This document shows, piece after piece, positions 37,501 through 44,561 of a stretch of 64,000 nucleotides of DNA; position 1 is the first letter of the stretch; each line of letters begins with the position of its first letter. Source of the DNA: Patescibacteria group bacterium (GTDB lineage Bacteria > Patescibacteriota > Patescibacteriia > Patescibacteriales > JAQTRU01); the NCBI GenBank assembly GCA_041645555.1, contig JBAZPX010000001.1:22505-86504 (forward strand), given 5' to 3'. The translations under genes and the position numbers were made by a program. The notes beneath the pieces are model-generated. The model was not told the DNA's origin and ran no database searches. It saw only the letters and a program-made list of their open reading frames with translations.

Positions 37501-38206
37501 TTTTAACGCTCCCATAAATGTTAATAATGCGGACACTCTTTCAGTAGAACTCGGGCAAGGCGCTGCCGCCCCTTTTAACATTACTGATTTAAATAATGGC
37601 GATAGTTATTATTTTGCCGTGACGGCTTATTACGGCGATGTAGCCAGCAATATAGAGAGCGCGCTTTCTAACGTAATTGAAATTAAGGTAGAAGATACAA
37701 TAGGCCCGGCGGCTCCGACAATGACTCTAACCCCGGGAGATAAAAAAGTAGTAGTAAGTTGGGTCGATGGTAGCGGAGAGGCAGTTAATTTTAGGGTTTA
37801 TTATAAGGCAACTTCAGATTGTAGCGCCGCGACAAATTTTGGCGATTCGCAAGTAGCAATTAAGAGCCCGGTGACTATTTCTGGTTCTGGCTTAAATAAT
37901 GAAGCAGTTTATTGTTTTGGCTTAGTGGCTTATGATGCGGAGAACAATGAAGGCGAGAAGGCTATCGGCTCGGCCGCTCCGACTCGTTTTGAGAAAGACA
38001 AAATTTGTGATGGAGACATAATTTACGAAGAAACAACCCACCATACCACAAAAGAGTGCCTGGATATGTGTATTGCCAAAGATGCTCCCTGTTGCCAGAT
38101 AAATAATCCGCCCGTTGATGGTTACTGCTATGCCAGGAAAGGCGCGGTTGTTGTTTCGCCGGAAGAATATATTAATATTTGGGCGCGGGAGAAATCTTCT
38201 TATTAA
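31571..38206 (+). CDS. giant (2211 aa) Cys-rich surface protein: T4SS-pilin-like N-terminal module plus Ig-like, four IPT/TIG-like, Big_2-like and two FN3-like domains and long Cys-rich arrays
   Basis: N-terminal 120 aa are paralogous to 29298-31379 (ALGFLGIIAVGLIIYAGWLYMTAAGQEEKIEKAKKILINAIIGLVIILSAFAIASFVL). IPT-like segments at about aa 466-572, 598-668, 684-764 and 789-880. FN3-like at about aa 1915-2137. Uninterrupted ORF. Confidence 0.85.
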   Translation: MSKFRKNLIVIVFLIIAGFVTVNFALAQGLDVGMEYGEQIGLGSADPRIMAANVIRIALGFLGIIAVGLIIYAGWLYMTAAGQEEKIEKAKKILINAIIGLVIILSAFAIASFVLNRFLEATTPGVDLSGDGTDDDWSTPDASSNEFFVSSISPSGGNVIRNAKIRFNFNKTVDATTVKELTLIVNDSEGSVAGARTVNGRTIEFVPDSPCPDNPCGAKNCFTNGLAVTVEVVSGAGGILSVDGKEINCSLGATCKIGFTVGNVIDCEDPTVNLSFDNGQVCVGANNISANSTDDSGVASIEFFADGISLIDTSVDDSNPNPVFNPSSNSPFSASVIWGSGTYTVGKEVVFKATAFDLDDHSKNDEKSTKLRPAHCCNGTLDTDAAIKEDGVDCGGKDCASCEGAACGIKMSSGCSAADSSNCDNSRCSSNFCNCGTYPNVSDSESCQTKGYTAAVANKCCVCENAPRIDWITPIGGFCKGSPDTPCQSNDDCTSPDTCDTNAPNGAFGNFVTIGGKYFGSTKGKATFLGGVGDSDNKEASLCNDKSWQDGQITVIVPTGAVNGPIKVTEAGASGYEDTTDNERGAFIPSFVVNNIARPGICSLDTNRGIMNKEITYQGVNLLAGKAYFGAMAKKISALDSKFAVADSGKAKVPNIKTGKTATFVLNDGLASNYLDFTKDPEPYVGPKIDSFEPVSGAPGQYVTIRGSGFGGMQGASKVYFGDVATGKEASYQFPKICADSIWSDKQVIVKVPVDSANSFINMEIVRVSEKKTYPISSKDQFTVNSAPLTPSLCKIDPTMGPTNSSVSLWGENFGDKATGLVRFYSNRDKTGITDWAIDNSASGTIKPYKITTTVPQEAQTGPVQVVQDTLVGNSLNFTVGSCASNDDCAGNATDKFCCPAGSSEAGKCKENIKDDCYITVASSVYEWEFSTGDNTPPVTPYYSCLGKSKATGKCDSGGTCPNSPGKCSFYGGGAQQTVVDCSDAYCSSVRDGWTYNSVLNKCIDPVQGECDLNDPSATDALGNKVAAYCAKYNSGNYWHIDTKNCPDGWTKISGDKCVDMDSTCRLCSSSSVCLDDKSGDPKKGLCAINQDICPSGYTCNATSNKCELKDCGDGYCNDVRADCDSRCTYNSTLNKCATTDICDLNDPLLTKDIEGKKIVAYCAEYSSIGRWHIDTKLNCPSSDWTKIGDKCVNTKLNCGVCGSGFACLDDKSGDHKKGLCAINQDVCPGGFTCNATSNKCVPTNTTGCECCCRLDNSKEDCCAPLTCEGNCGSDVSGTDTDTYGRCSGCANVSTDQTLRDAACNCAGHSGKICDASAPGGVCRDCEGLSKTECSSHSTCCVDAMNGEICRGGTGNPSIIDYDNLAYCEYYQCEASGDACDPTNNPVASSTRSVYGTEIECGEKCSGVSRPGETCLAESAPSTCSSVYGSCGTGYGCMATTDDVCGTCCCNPKTPEVNPNGLICVPNKLPCTSDTGDRGLYCGCQEDKDCGSEESAGCSSDTCCRTKPTVLNTYPADTGVCRNTLISASFDQKMDIASFSGNIVVVGDYEDSVCPTGTQYLALNKGAVVKKNIAASFYQKILSILAKAVRPLFGGKVLAGTTDPNHNYCSLAGKVSGIDKADGTSDLIFSLNKPLDPTRKYYVIIKGDEGFDSSKGVLSNWGIGLNEEDIETFSGKTFTKAKIWSFTTGNEICQLESVKIVPESYVFQKAGAIGSWDFEAKPYSSGGQIINSVTGYSWGWNWSSDNEKIVSVVNSSNSIQTATAQNIKDGKTFIKATATITEDIVNTPSTKDKVKTGQAEVYVFLCENIWPPIISGTWAPWRDEGTNCLSSTGDCANTNYELYYCRDKGAAGSADDLPAILSDTIIRGASLMCVGDTGNCSSLGATCGSLGKCQYDILKEAYFFREETPGMASDVLLSGAALPRGKTVKLTWHKLGRCDNGESCGVGLTSPCSDGSECVKDTSVSGYKIYYGADRNNFNAPINVNNADTLSVELGQGAAAPFNITDLNNGDSYYFAVTAYYGDVASNIESALSNVIEIKVEDTIGPAAPTMTLTPGDKKVVVSWVDGSGEAVNFRVYYKATSDCSAATNFGDSQVAIKSPVTISGSGLNNEAVYCFGLVAYDAENNEGEKAIGSAAPTRFEKDKICDGDIIYEETTHHTTKECLDMCIAKDAPCCQINNPPVDGYCYARKGAVVVSPEEYINIWAREKSSY
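34511..35299 (+). repeat. tandem duplication of a ~130-aa Cys-rich module inside the giant gene
   Basis: aa ~981-1110 and ~1111-1243 align (YC..VR..C.YNS.LNKC...CDLNDP...AYCA.Y.....WHIDTK.NCP..WTKI.DKCV....C..C.S...CLDDKSGD.KKGLCAINQD.CP.G.TCNATSNKC). Confidence 0.85.
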
Positions 38207-38282
38207 GATTTAAGGTTAAGTTTAGTAAATTTATAATCAAAATTAACGATTAATTTGCGAGCGAAAATTTTAAGCGCCGAGT

Positions 38283-40943
38283 ATGAATTATTTAAAGAAA
38301 AAAGAATATAGAATTTTTTTTCTGGGAATATTAATCCTTGGTTTTTTCGCCTTTGGCTTCCTAAAAGACACAAGGCCTCCTTTGGTTTTTGCCCAATCGG
38401 GAAAAACAAGCAGCTCGGACGCGATTGCTATCCGGGTTATTACCAATCCCGACCATATTAGCATTTCCCGCTGGTACAGCGAACAGGGCTTTAAGGGGTC
38501 GCCAGAAAGATTAATCGTTGATGGCTATGAAGCCCTTCGCGACGGCCGGACGGTTTATGTTAATGCCGCTAATATTGACGATAAGGGCGATAGCGACCCG
38601 GCTAATGATGCGCTTTTTACCAATATTTATCTGATTTCATATAATCAGGAAGCGGAAGCCGCGACCAAGAGTATTTTAGACCAAATCATTTCTCATTGGA
38701 AGTTTAACACCAATATTGCCGATCCCGAGCAAAAGGCTAAAATTATTCGCGACGCCAAGAGATTATCAAGTTTGGCAGAAATAAAAACGGCGGCGGAAAA
38801 TTATAAAGAAGATAAGGGTTATTATCCGAAATTATCCGCCGGCACTTATTTGGCGGGTAAAACGATTTCCACCTGGCCGAGCTGGCAGCAAACTTTGGCT
38901 AAAGAATTAGGAGTGGGCCTGCCGACCGACCCGATAAATAAGTTAAGCGTTTGTCCGGGATATGATTCTGCCACTTGTTGGAAAGAGTCAACCAAATCAT
39001 TCGCCGATCCGACGCCGGATAATAGTATATTTAATTTACCGGTTAGTTGCAGTATAACAACAACGAAAGCCTGCTCGGTTGATGCGGATTGCCCCCCGGA
39101 AGAATATTGCAATAATAATAGCCATGCCTTTGTCTACACGGCCAAGGCTGACGGCTCAGAGTATAATGTCTGCGCTATTATGGAATCCGGTTTAATAACG
39201 ACTTTAGGGGCAGGGGCTTGCGCCGGCAGCGCAGTAGAAACCGTGCAACACGGGGGAACGGCTACCAATCATCCCCCGACAATTACTTGCGATAATTTAG
39301 TTGGAAATCCGAACAAACCGTTTAAGGGATATATTAATGCGAGCGATCCTGACGGAGATACGCTTAATTGGAGTATAACCCCTACCTCAACACCGGCGAA
39401 CTGGACAGGTGCTGGGTGGTCGTCGTTTCCCGAGTTGAAGACAACCGCTGATCCTAATCAGAAGGAAATTTCCGCTGCGACAGCCGGAAACAAAGGAATT
39501 TATGATTTTATAGCGACGGTTAGCGATAACAGAAGCGGAAGCGCCACAAAAACCTGTTATATCAGTACTATTGGTTCTGCCCGACCGGTTATTACTCCTA
39601 TAGCTGACAAAGAAATTGTTATTGGCAAGACTTTAGATTTTACGATTTATGCTACTGATCCGGGCGGAAATTATCCCTTTCCACCCTTTAGTTTTGATAC
39701 TTCCTTAATAAGTTGCGCTATTACTAACGGGCATGACTGCCGTATCCAGAGTCCAATTGGTACTGCTTTTTCCCTTACTGAAGACGGCGGAGATAATATG
39801 TATAAAAATTATCCCATTTCCGTAAATGCGGTTAATTCCAAAGGTGATTCCTCTCCATCTCAATCTTTTAATTTAAAAGTAATTAATCATAAGCCGGTAG
39901 TCAGTATTCCTTCTACCTGTTTAACTAAAGTAAGAATAAAAAATGCTTATAATTCTTGCCCGGTTAGCGCAACCGATCCTGACAGCCATACGATTGCCTC
40001 TTTCTCTTTTCTTCCGGGGTTGCCAGCTGGAATGACTGGTAATACTTCAACCGGTGAAATTTCCGGCACCCCAGCCGCCGGTTCCGGCGGAACCTATAAT
40101 ATTTCCGTTACGACCACTGACCAATACGGCGCCGTTAGCAAGCCAAAAATTCTTACCTTAAAAGTTAACACTTATTGCGGGGACGGCGAGTGGCAAGCGA
40201 CAAACGGGGAAGGAGTGGCTGAAAAATGCGACGGCTCTAGTAATATTGCCGCTACTTACGTTGGCAGTTCTTTTAATAAGCAATATGCTTGCGATAGTAA
40301 TTGCCGATATACCGGAGGCTGGTGCGGAGACGGAGCGGCCCAGACCGACAAAGGGGAAGCATGCGATAAGACCGATAAAATTGCCGCCACTCCCGCCGAA
40401 AGCTCTATTAGCAAGCAATATACTTGCAATAACACTTGCCAATTTATCGGCGGTTATTGCGGAGATAGCGCGAAAAACGGACCAGAGGTTTGTGATAAAA
40501 GCGGTGCTAGCCAAGATTGCTCATCCGAATTTTCAAGTCTTCCTGCGCACTGTAGCAGCATGCAGATTGAAGGAACTCAAACCTGTAATAGCAATTGTGC
40601 GAAATGGGACGATTGTGTTGCAGCGGATCCAGTCCCGGAAGGTAAAACATCTACAGATTGTAATTTCACCAGTGCAACAATGAATGGTTATGCTTGTTGT
40701 GGGCTAACAAGTTGCGAAAAAGATGGATGTGACTGTTGTGGAAGAAAATGTGGAGCTGAAACTCCGCCTGGTTATAATAATATTCAATGGTTGGATCCAT
40801 GTGCACCCCGAACAACAGGAACATCAGGCTGCACAACAAATGCTTCTGATTACAGTTGTAAGATAAATCAAAGCACGTCTGATCCCAAAAACTGGATTAT
40901 AACAACAAACCATACGACAGCTAAATATCAATGCTGGAAGTAA
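38283..40943 (+). CDS. 886-aa secreted protein with cadherin-like/He_PIG-type Ig domains and CGDG-type Cys-rich repeats
   Basis: Signal peptide. Segments NHPPTITCDN...ASDPDGDTLNWSITP, PVITPIADKEIVIGKTLDFTIYATDPGGN and SATDPDSHTIASFSFLPGLPAGMTGNTSTGEISGTP. Three repeats: YCGDGEWQ...EKCDGS, WCGDGAAQTDKGEACDKTD and YCGDSAKNGPEVCDKSG. Confidence 0.8.
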   Translation: MNYLKKKEYRIFFLGILILGFFAFGFLKDTRPPLVFAQSGKTSSSDAIAIRVITNPDHISISRWYSEQGFKGSPERLIVDGYEALRDGRTVYVNAANIDDKGDSDPANDALFTNIYLISYNQEAEAATKSILDQIISHWKFNTNIADPEQKAKIIRDAKRLSSLAEIKTAAENYKEDKGYYPKLSAGTYLAGKTISTWPSWQQTLAKELGVGLPTDPINKLSVCPGYDSATCWKESTKSFADPTPDNSIFNLPVSCSITTTKACSVDADCPPEEYCNNNSHAFVYTAKADGSEYNVCAIMESGLITTLGAGACAGSAVETVQHGGTATNHPPTITCDNLVGNPNKPFKGYINASDPDGDTLNWSITPTSTPANWTGAGWSSFPELKTTADPNQKEISAATAGNKGIYDFIATVSDNRSGSATKTCYISTIGSARPVITPIADKEIVIGKTLDFTIYATDPGGNYPFPPFSFDTSLISCAITNGHDCRIQSPIGTAFSLTEDGGDNMYKNYPISVNAVNSKGDSSPSQSFNLKVINHKPVVSIPSTCLTKVRIKNAYNSCPVSATDPDSHTIASFSFLPGLPAGMTGNTSTGEISGTPAAGSGGTYNISVTTTDQYGAVSKPKILTLKVNTYCGDGEWQATNGEGVAEKCDGSSNIAATYVGSSFNKQYACDSNCRYTGGWCGDGAAQTDKGEACDKTDKIAATPAESSISKQYTCNNTCQFIGGYCGDSAKNGPEVCDKSGASQDCSSEFSSLPAHCSSMQIEGTQTCNSNCAKWDDCVAADPVPEGKTSTDCNFTSATMNGYACCGLTSCEKDGCDCCGRKCGAETPPGYNNIQWLDPCAPRTTGTSGCTTNASDYSCKINQSTSDPKNWIITTNHTTAKYQCWK

Positions 40944-40952
40944 GTTAACTTT

Positions 40953-41807
40953 ATGTTTAACAAAAAAACAAAAATTATTATTTTGGGAGTTATCATATTA
41001 TTTTTGTTGGTCGCTTTAATTTTTTGGTTAAAAATGAAAGACAAGGGCGCAATAAACAATGATACGCAAAGCGGCCAAAAAGTTGAAAATAGCGGAAATG
41101 AAAATAAGGTGGCAGAAGAGGCGGTTATTAAAAAAAATCTAGAGGGATTAAAGAATAACCATCCGGAATTTAGTGCTTCGCAATTAGAATCTTATAGCAA
41201 TATAGCAATAGAAGGAAATAACATAGAGCCATGTTTAGGCAAAGACGATGAAGGTGACTGTATTTCAGCAGTAGCATTTTTAACAGAGAGACATGATTTT
41301 TGTAGCCATGGTTTTGAAAATATTGAAGACAAAGACAAAAAAATTAAATGTGCAAATGAAGTTTTAAATAAAACTGCCACGGCAGAGATTGATAAATGCC
41401 TTTCCCTTGAGATTGTTGATTTTAAAATAAATTGTTTATCAGGTATTTTTGGAGGATACGAAAAGCCGGAAGATTGTTCAGACCTTGGAGATGAAAAAAT
41501 AAGGGGAACGTGCGAAGATAACGCTTATTATTGGATGTCTGTTTGGCAGGGAGATAAAAAATTATGCGATAATATTAAAGAGGAATATTTAAAAAATTAT
41601 TGTGCTGGAACCGGAAATTTAACTGCTGAAGAAATAGACAGCGACAGCAATAGTGATATTGATAGCGATAATGACGGTTTAACTGATAAAGACGAAACTA
41701 TATATGGCACTGACCCGGAAAAAGCCGATACGGACGGCGATGGTTTTTCGGACGGGGATGAGGTAAAAAACGGGTATAATCCTTTAGGGGAGGGAAAGTT
41801 GAAATAA
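40953..41807 (+). CDS. single-pass membrane protein with Cys-containing domain and C-terminal thrombospondin-type-3-like Ca-binding repeats
   Basis: N-terminal TM. The C-terminus is DSDNDGLTDKDETIYGTDPEKADTDGDGFSDGDEVKNGYNPLGEGKLK. Confidence 0.7.
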   Translation: MFNKKTKIIILGVIILFLLVALIFWLKMKDKGAINNDTQSGQKVENSGNENKVAEEAVIKKNLEGLKNNHPEFSASQLESYSNIAIEGNNIEPCLGKDDEGDCISAVAFLTERHDFCSHGFENIEDKDKKIKCANEVLNKTATAEIDKCLSLEIVDFKINCLSGIFGGYEKPEDCSDLGDEKIRGTCEDNAYYWMSVWQGDKKLCDNIKEEYLKNYCAGTGNLTAEEIDSDSNSDIDSDNDGLTDKDETIYGTDPEKADTDGDGFSDGDEVKNGYNPLGEGKLK

Positions 41808-41809
41808 TT

Positions 41810-41898
41810 AAAATAATATAAAAATAAAATAATAAAATAACAAAATAACATAAAAAAGTGAATTAATTTTTTATATTATTTTATTATTTTGTTTTTAA
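41810..41898. repeat. AT-rich palindromic element (copy 2), terminator-like
   Basis: 41833-41858 pairs with 41866-41891 (24 of 26). Shares 20- and 21-nt words with 24693-24808. Confidence 0.8.
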
Positions 41899-41911
41899 GA
41901 ACTTTAAGAAT

Positions 41912-42553
41912 ATGTTTGACGATTTAAATCAAAAAACTAATAAAATTGAGGATATTTTTTCCGAAACGGAAAAAGGGGGAAAACCCAATATCCTAAAGCC
42001 GGCCGGGTCAACTCCTGTCCCGCCGCCAATCCCTGGAGCCGGGATAAGAGAAGGGGGAGAGGGGAAGAAAGAAGGGGTGAAAAAAATCCTTATTTTTGCT
42101 ATACTGATCGTAGCAGTAGTCTTAATTATTTTTGGTATTTTCTGGGTTTTAAAAAAGATTGATACGACTTTAAATACGGGGACGGGAGAGCAAGCGCAGG
42201 AAGAAAATTTAACAGGAGCGGGAGTCCCTAATATCCCGGCAGAAAACCAAGCCCCGGAGCCAGCACCGACAGAACCGCCTTCTCCGGCTGAAAGTATGTT
42301 TTTCCCGCCGAGCATAGCCGGGCCGATTGACAGCGACCAGGACGGTTTGACGGACGAAGAAGAGGTAACCCTTGGGACTGATATTAATAATACTGACACT
42401 GACAGCGACGGCTTATTTGACCGAGAAGAGGTAAGGGTTTATAAAACTAACCCCTTGGTTGCCGATACGGATGGAGACGGCTATTCGGACGGAGATGAAG
42501 TTAAGAATGGCTATAATCCGGCCGGTCCGGGCAAGCTGTACGAAATACAATAA
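41912..42553 (+). CDS. single-pass membrane protein with Pro-rich spacer and TSP3-like repeats
   Basis: TM segment ILIFAILIVAVVLIIFGIFWVL. The C-terminus is DSDQDGLTDEEE...DTDSDGLFDREE...DTDGDGYSDGDEVKNGYNPAGPGKLYEIQ. Confidence 0.7.
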   Translation: MFDDLNQKTNKIEDIFSETEKGGKPNILKPAGSTPVPPPIPGAGIREGGEGKKEGVKKILIFAILIVAVVLIIFGIFWVLKKIDTTLNTGTGEQAQEENLTGAGVPNIPAENQAPEPAPTEPPSPAESMFFPPSIAGPIDSDQDGLTDEEEVTLGTDINNTDTDSDGLFDREEVRVYKTNPLVADTDGDGYSDGDEVKNGYNPAGPGKLYEIQ

Positions 42554-42556
42554 AGT

Positions 42557-42646
42557 CTACGAATTACAAATCAGTACGAATTTACGAATACGGTATAAAA
42601 CGTTTTAATAAGAATTCGTAAATTCGTAAAAAATTCGTAATTCGTA
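42557..42646. repeat. ~35-bp-arm palindrome built from 'tacgaat' heptamer words, terminator-like
   Basis: ctacgaattacaaatcagtacgaatttacgaat pairs against attcgtaaattcgtaaaaaattcgtaattcgtag. Confidence 0.85.
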
Positions 42647-42728
42647 GGGAATTAATATCCACAACCGTACTAGCTTGAAAATTAATTAAAACTATAATAT
42701 TTCTTAAGTCGTGTAACTTATAAAAAAT

Positions 42729-43736
42729 ATGTTTGGTTTATTTAAAAAACAAAAGGAAGGCGCTCCGAAAGAAGAGAACAAAATTCCCGATAAAGGCGGC
42801 GAAGAAGAGATGGAAAAAAGGATGGGAGAGGAAGTCGCTATTCACACGATGCCGGAAAAATTCAGGCAAGACAGTTTAAAAACGAACAAAGCCAAGCAGA
42901 CTGGAATTTTTGTGATGGTCGGAGGTTTTATATTTATAATAGTTATCGGGTTTTTGCTTTATTTATTTATTTTTAAATCTCCGGGCGAAAAACAAGTTGC
43001 GCCGGCTCCCGAAGACCAAACTTATACCTCGGAGCCTCAGGATGAAGAAATCGTGGCGAGTGTTCCAGAAGAAGTTCCCCCGGTTACCATGCCGGAAGAC
43101 TTAAGCGGTTTAGAAGAAGTCGCTACCTCTACTGCCCCAATCGAAGGAGAGCTTTTAGCTACTTCTACGCCAGCCGAGGAAATTACCCTGGAAGACGGGG
43201 ATGGCGACGGTTTATCCAGTAAAGAAGAAGCTTTGGTGGGTACTAGTGATGGAAGCGTCGATAGTGACGGCGACAGCTATTCGGATTTTCAGGAAATAAT
43301 GAATCTGTATAATCCGGCCGGTAGCGGCAAGCTAGCTGATAATCCCAATGTTGGTAAATATATAAACGGAACATTCAATTATAATGTGCTTTATCCGGTA
43401 AATTGGTCAAGAACCTCTGTCGGCGGCGATGATTCAATTATGTTTAAATCAGAAGATAACCAGTTTATTCAGATAATTGTCCAGCCAAATACCGACAAGC
43501 AATCTATTCAAGATTGGTATGCGCAGCAATTTGCGGCCGAAACCGTGGGATTAGAGCAGGAAGTTAGCGGGACCGGCTGGTCTGGCATAAGAAGCGCAGA
43601 CGGTTTAATTGTTTATTTAACTGATAGCAGCCGCAACTACCTTTTTGTTTTGTCATATAATGTCGGTCCAAGAGGAATTTTGGATTATAAAAATATTTTT
43701 GCCGTGATAGTTGAAAGTTTGGCAATCGGGGGATAG
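42729..43736 (+). CDS. single-pass membrane protein with TSP3-like repeats followed by an extra ~130-aa C-terminal domain
   Basis: TM segment GIFVMVGGFIFIIVIGFLLYLFIF. DGDGDGLSSKEE...DSDGDSYSDFQEIMNLYNPAGSGKL is followed by a beta-rich domain. Confidence 0.7.
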   Translation: MFGLFKKQKEGAPKEENKIPDKGGEEEMEKRMGEEVAIHTMPEKFRQDSLKTNKAKQTGIFVMVGGFIFIIVIGFLLYLFIFKSPGEKQVAPAPEDQTYTSEPQDEEIVASVPEEVPPVTMPEDLSGLEEVATSTAPIEGELLATSTPAEEITLEDGDGDGLSSKEEALVGTSDGSVDSDGDSYSDFQEIMNLYNPAGSGKLADNPNVGKYINGTFNYNVLYPVNWSRTSVGGDDSIMFKSEDNQFIQIIVQPNTDKQSIQDWYAQQFAAETVGLEQEVSGTGWSGIRSADGLIVYLTDSSRNYLFVLSYNVGPRGILDYKNIFAVIVESLAIGG

Positions 43737-43787
43737 AAATAGAATGGGATTCTTAGGATAATTATGATTTTTGGGAAATAAAATTTT

Positions 43788-44219
43788 ATGTCCGTTGAGA
43801 TAAATAACAGGATGAAAAATAAAATTGATTTATCCTTGATAAGAAAAGTGGCAGAGAAATTTTTACGGGCGCATAAAAAAATTGATTATAGCGTTTCCAT
43901 CGCCTTTGTGGGAGACGAAAAAATTAAAGAGTTAAATAAAAAATATCGGAAGATTGACCGGGTGACGGATGTTCTTTCTTTTGCCGGCGAAGAAAAATTT
44001 TTAGGCGAGATAATAATTGATTATAGCCAGATTAAAAGGCAAGCGGAAAAGTTTGGCAATAAACCAAAGAATGAATTGATATTTATTTTAGTTCATGGAT
44101 TATTACATTTATTGGGATATGATGACAGGACGGAAGCGGGGCGGAAAAAGATGGAGAAACTGGGAAATAAGTTTATAACTTTCAACTCCGTATATGATAA
44201 AGATAAAAAGATTATATAA
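43788..44219 (+). CDS. ybeY: rRNA maturation endoribonuclease YbeY
   Basis: HGLLHLLGYDD zinc motif in a 143-aa protein. Confidence 0.85.
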   Translation: MSVEINNRMKNKIDLSLIRKVAEKFLRAHKKIDYSVSIAFVGDEKIKELNKKYRKIDRVTDVLSFAGEEKFLGEIIIDYSQIKRQAEKFGNKPKNELIFILVHGLLHLLGYDDRTEAGRKKMEKLGNKFITFNSVYDKDKKII

Positions 44220-44556
44220 AAGCTTTACTTATGCTTTCCGGGGCTTGTTTAAGACATTGCGGGAAGAACAGAATTTACAAATTCAAAGCGTAGCCGGTTT
44301 AGTAGTTATAATTTTTGGTTGGTATTTTAAAATTGAAAATTGGGAATGGCTAATCTTGATTTTTGTTATTGGCTTGGTAATTCTAATGGAATTAATAAAT
44401 AGCGCCGTTGAGAGGATAACTGATGTTTTAAAGCCAAGATTAGATAATTATGTAAAAGAGATAAAAGATATTATGGCGGCAGCGGTAATGCTCGCTTCAG
44501 CAATAGCGGTAATTGTCGGCCTGATTATCTTTTTGCCCTATTTTTTAAACTATTAA
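44194..44556 (+). CDS. dgkA: diacylglycerol/undecaprenol kinase family protein
   Basis: 120 aa with three TM segments. FTYAFRGL and ELINSAVERITD match the prokaryotic DAGK pattern. Confidence 0.8.
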   Translation: MIKIKRLYKSFTYAFRGLFKTLREEQNLQIQSVAGLVVIIFGWYFKIENWEWLILIFVIGLVILMELINSAVERITDVLKPRLDNYVKEIKDIMAAAVMLASAIAVIVGLIIFLPYFLNY

Positions 44557-44561
44557 TCTTA

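Noticed and set aside
38846-40683. ORFs 38846-39112(-), 40158-40514(-) and 40246-40683(+) inside the 886-aa gene. The antisense ORFs inside the giant gene (for example 31798-32631, 35053-35406, 36751-37086) are the same kind of case.
   Set aside because: They are fully nested in long, domain-rich ORFs on the plus strand. They lack start context and have low-complexity translations.
31571-40943. Diversity-generating retroelement (template/variable repeat pair) targeting the Cys-rich surface proteins
   Set aside because: There is no reverse transcriptase gene in the window. The only long internal repeat (34511-35299) is an in-frame tandem domain duplication whose differences are not restricted to adenine positions.
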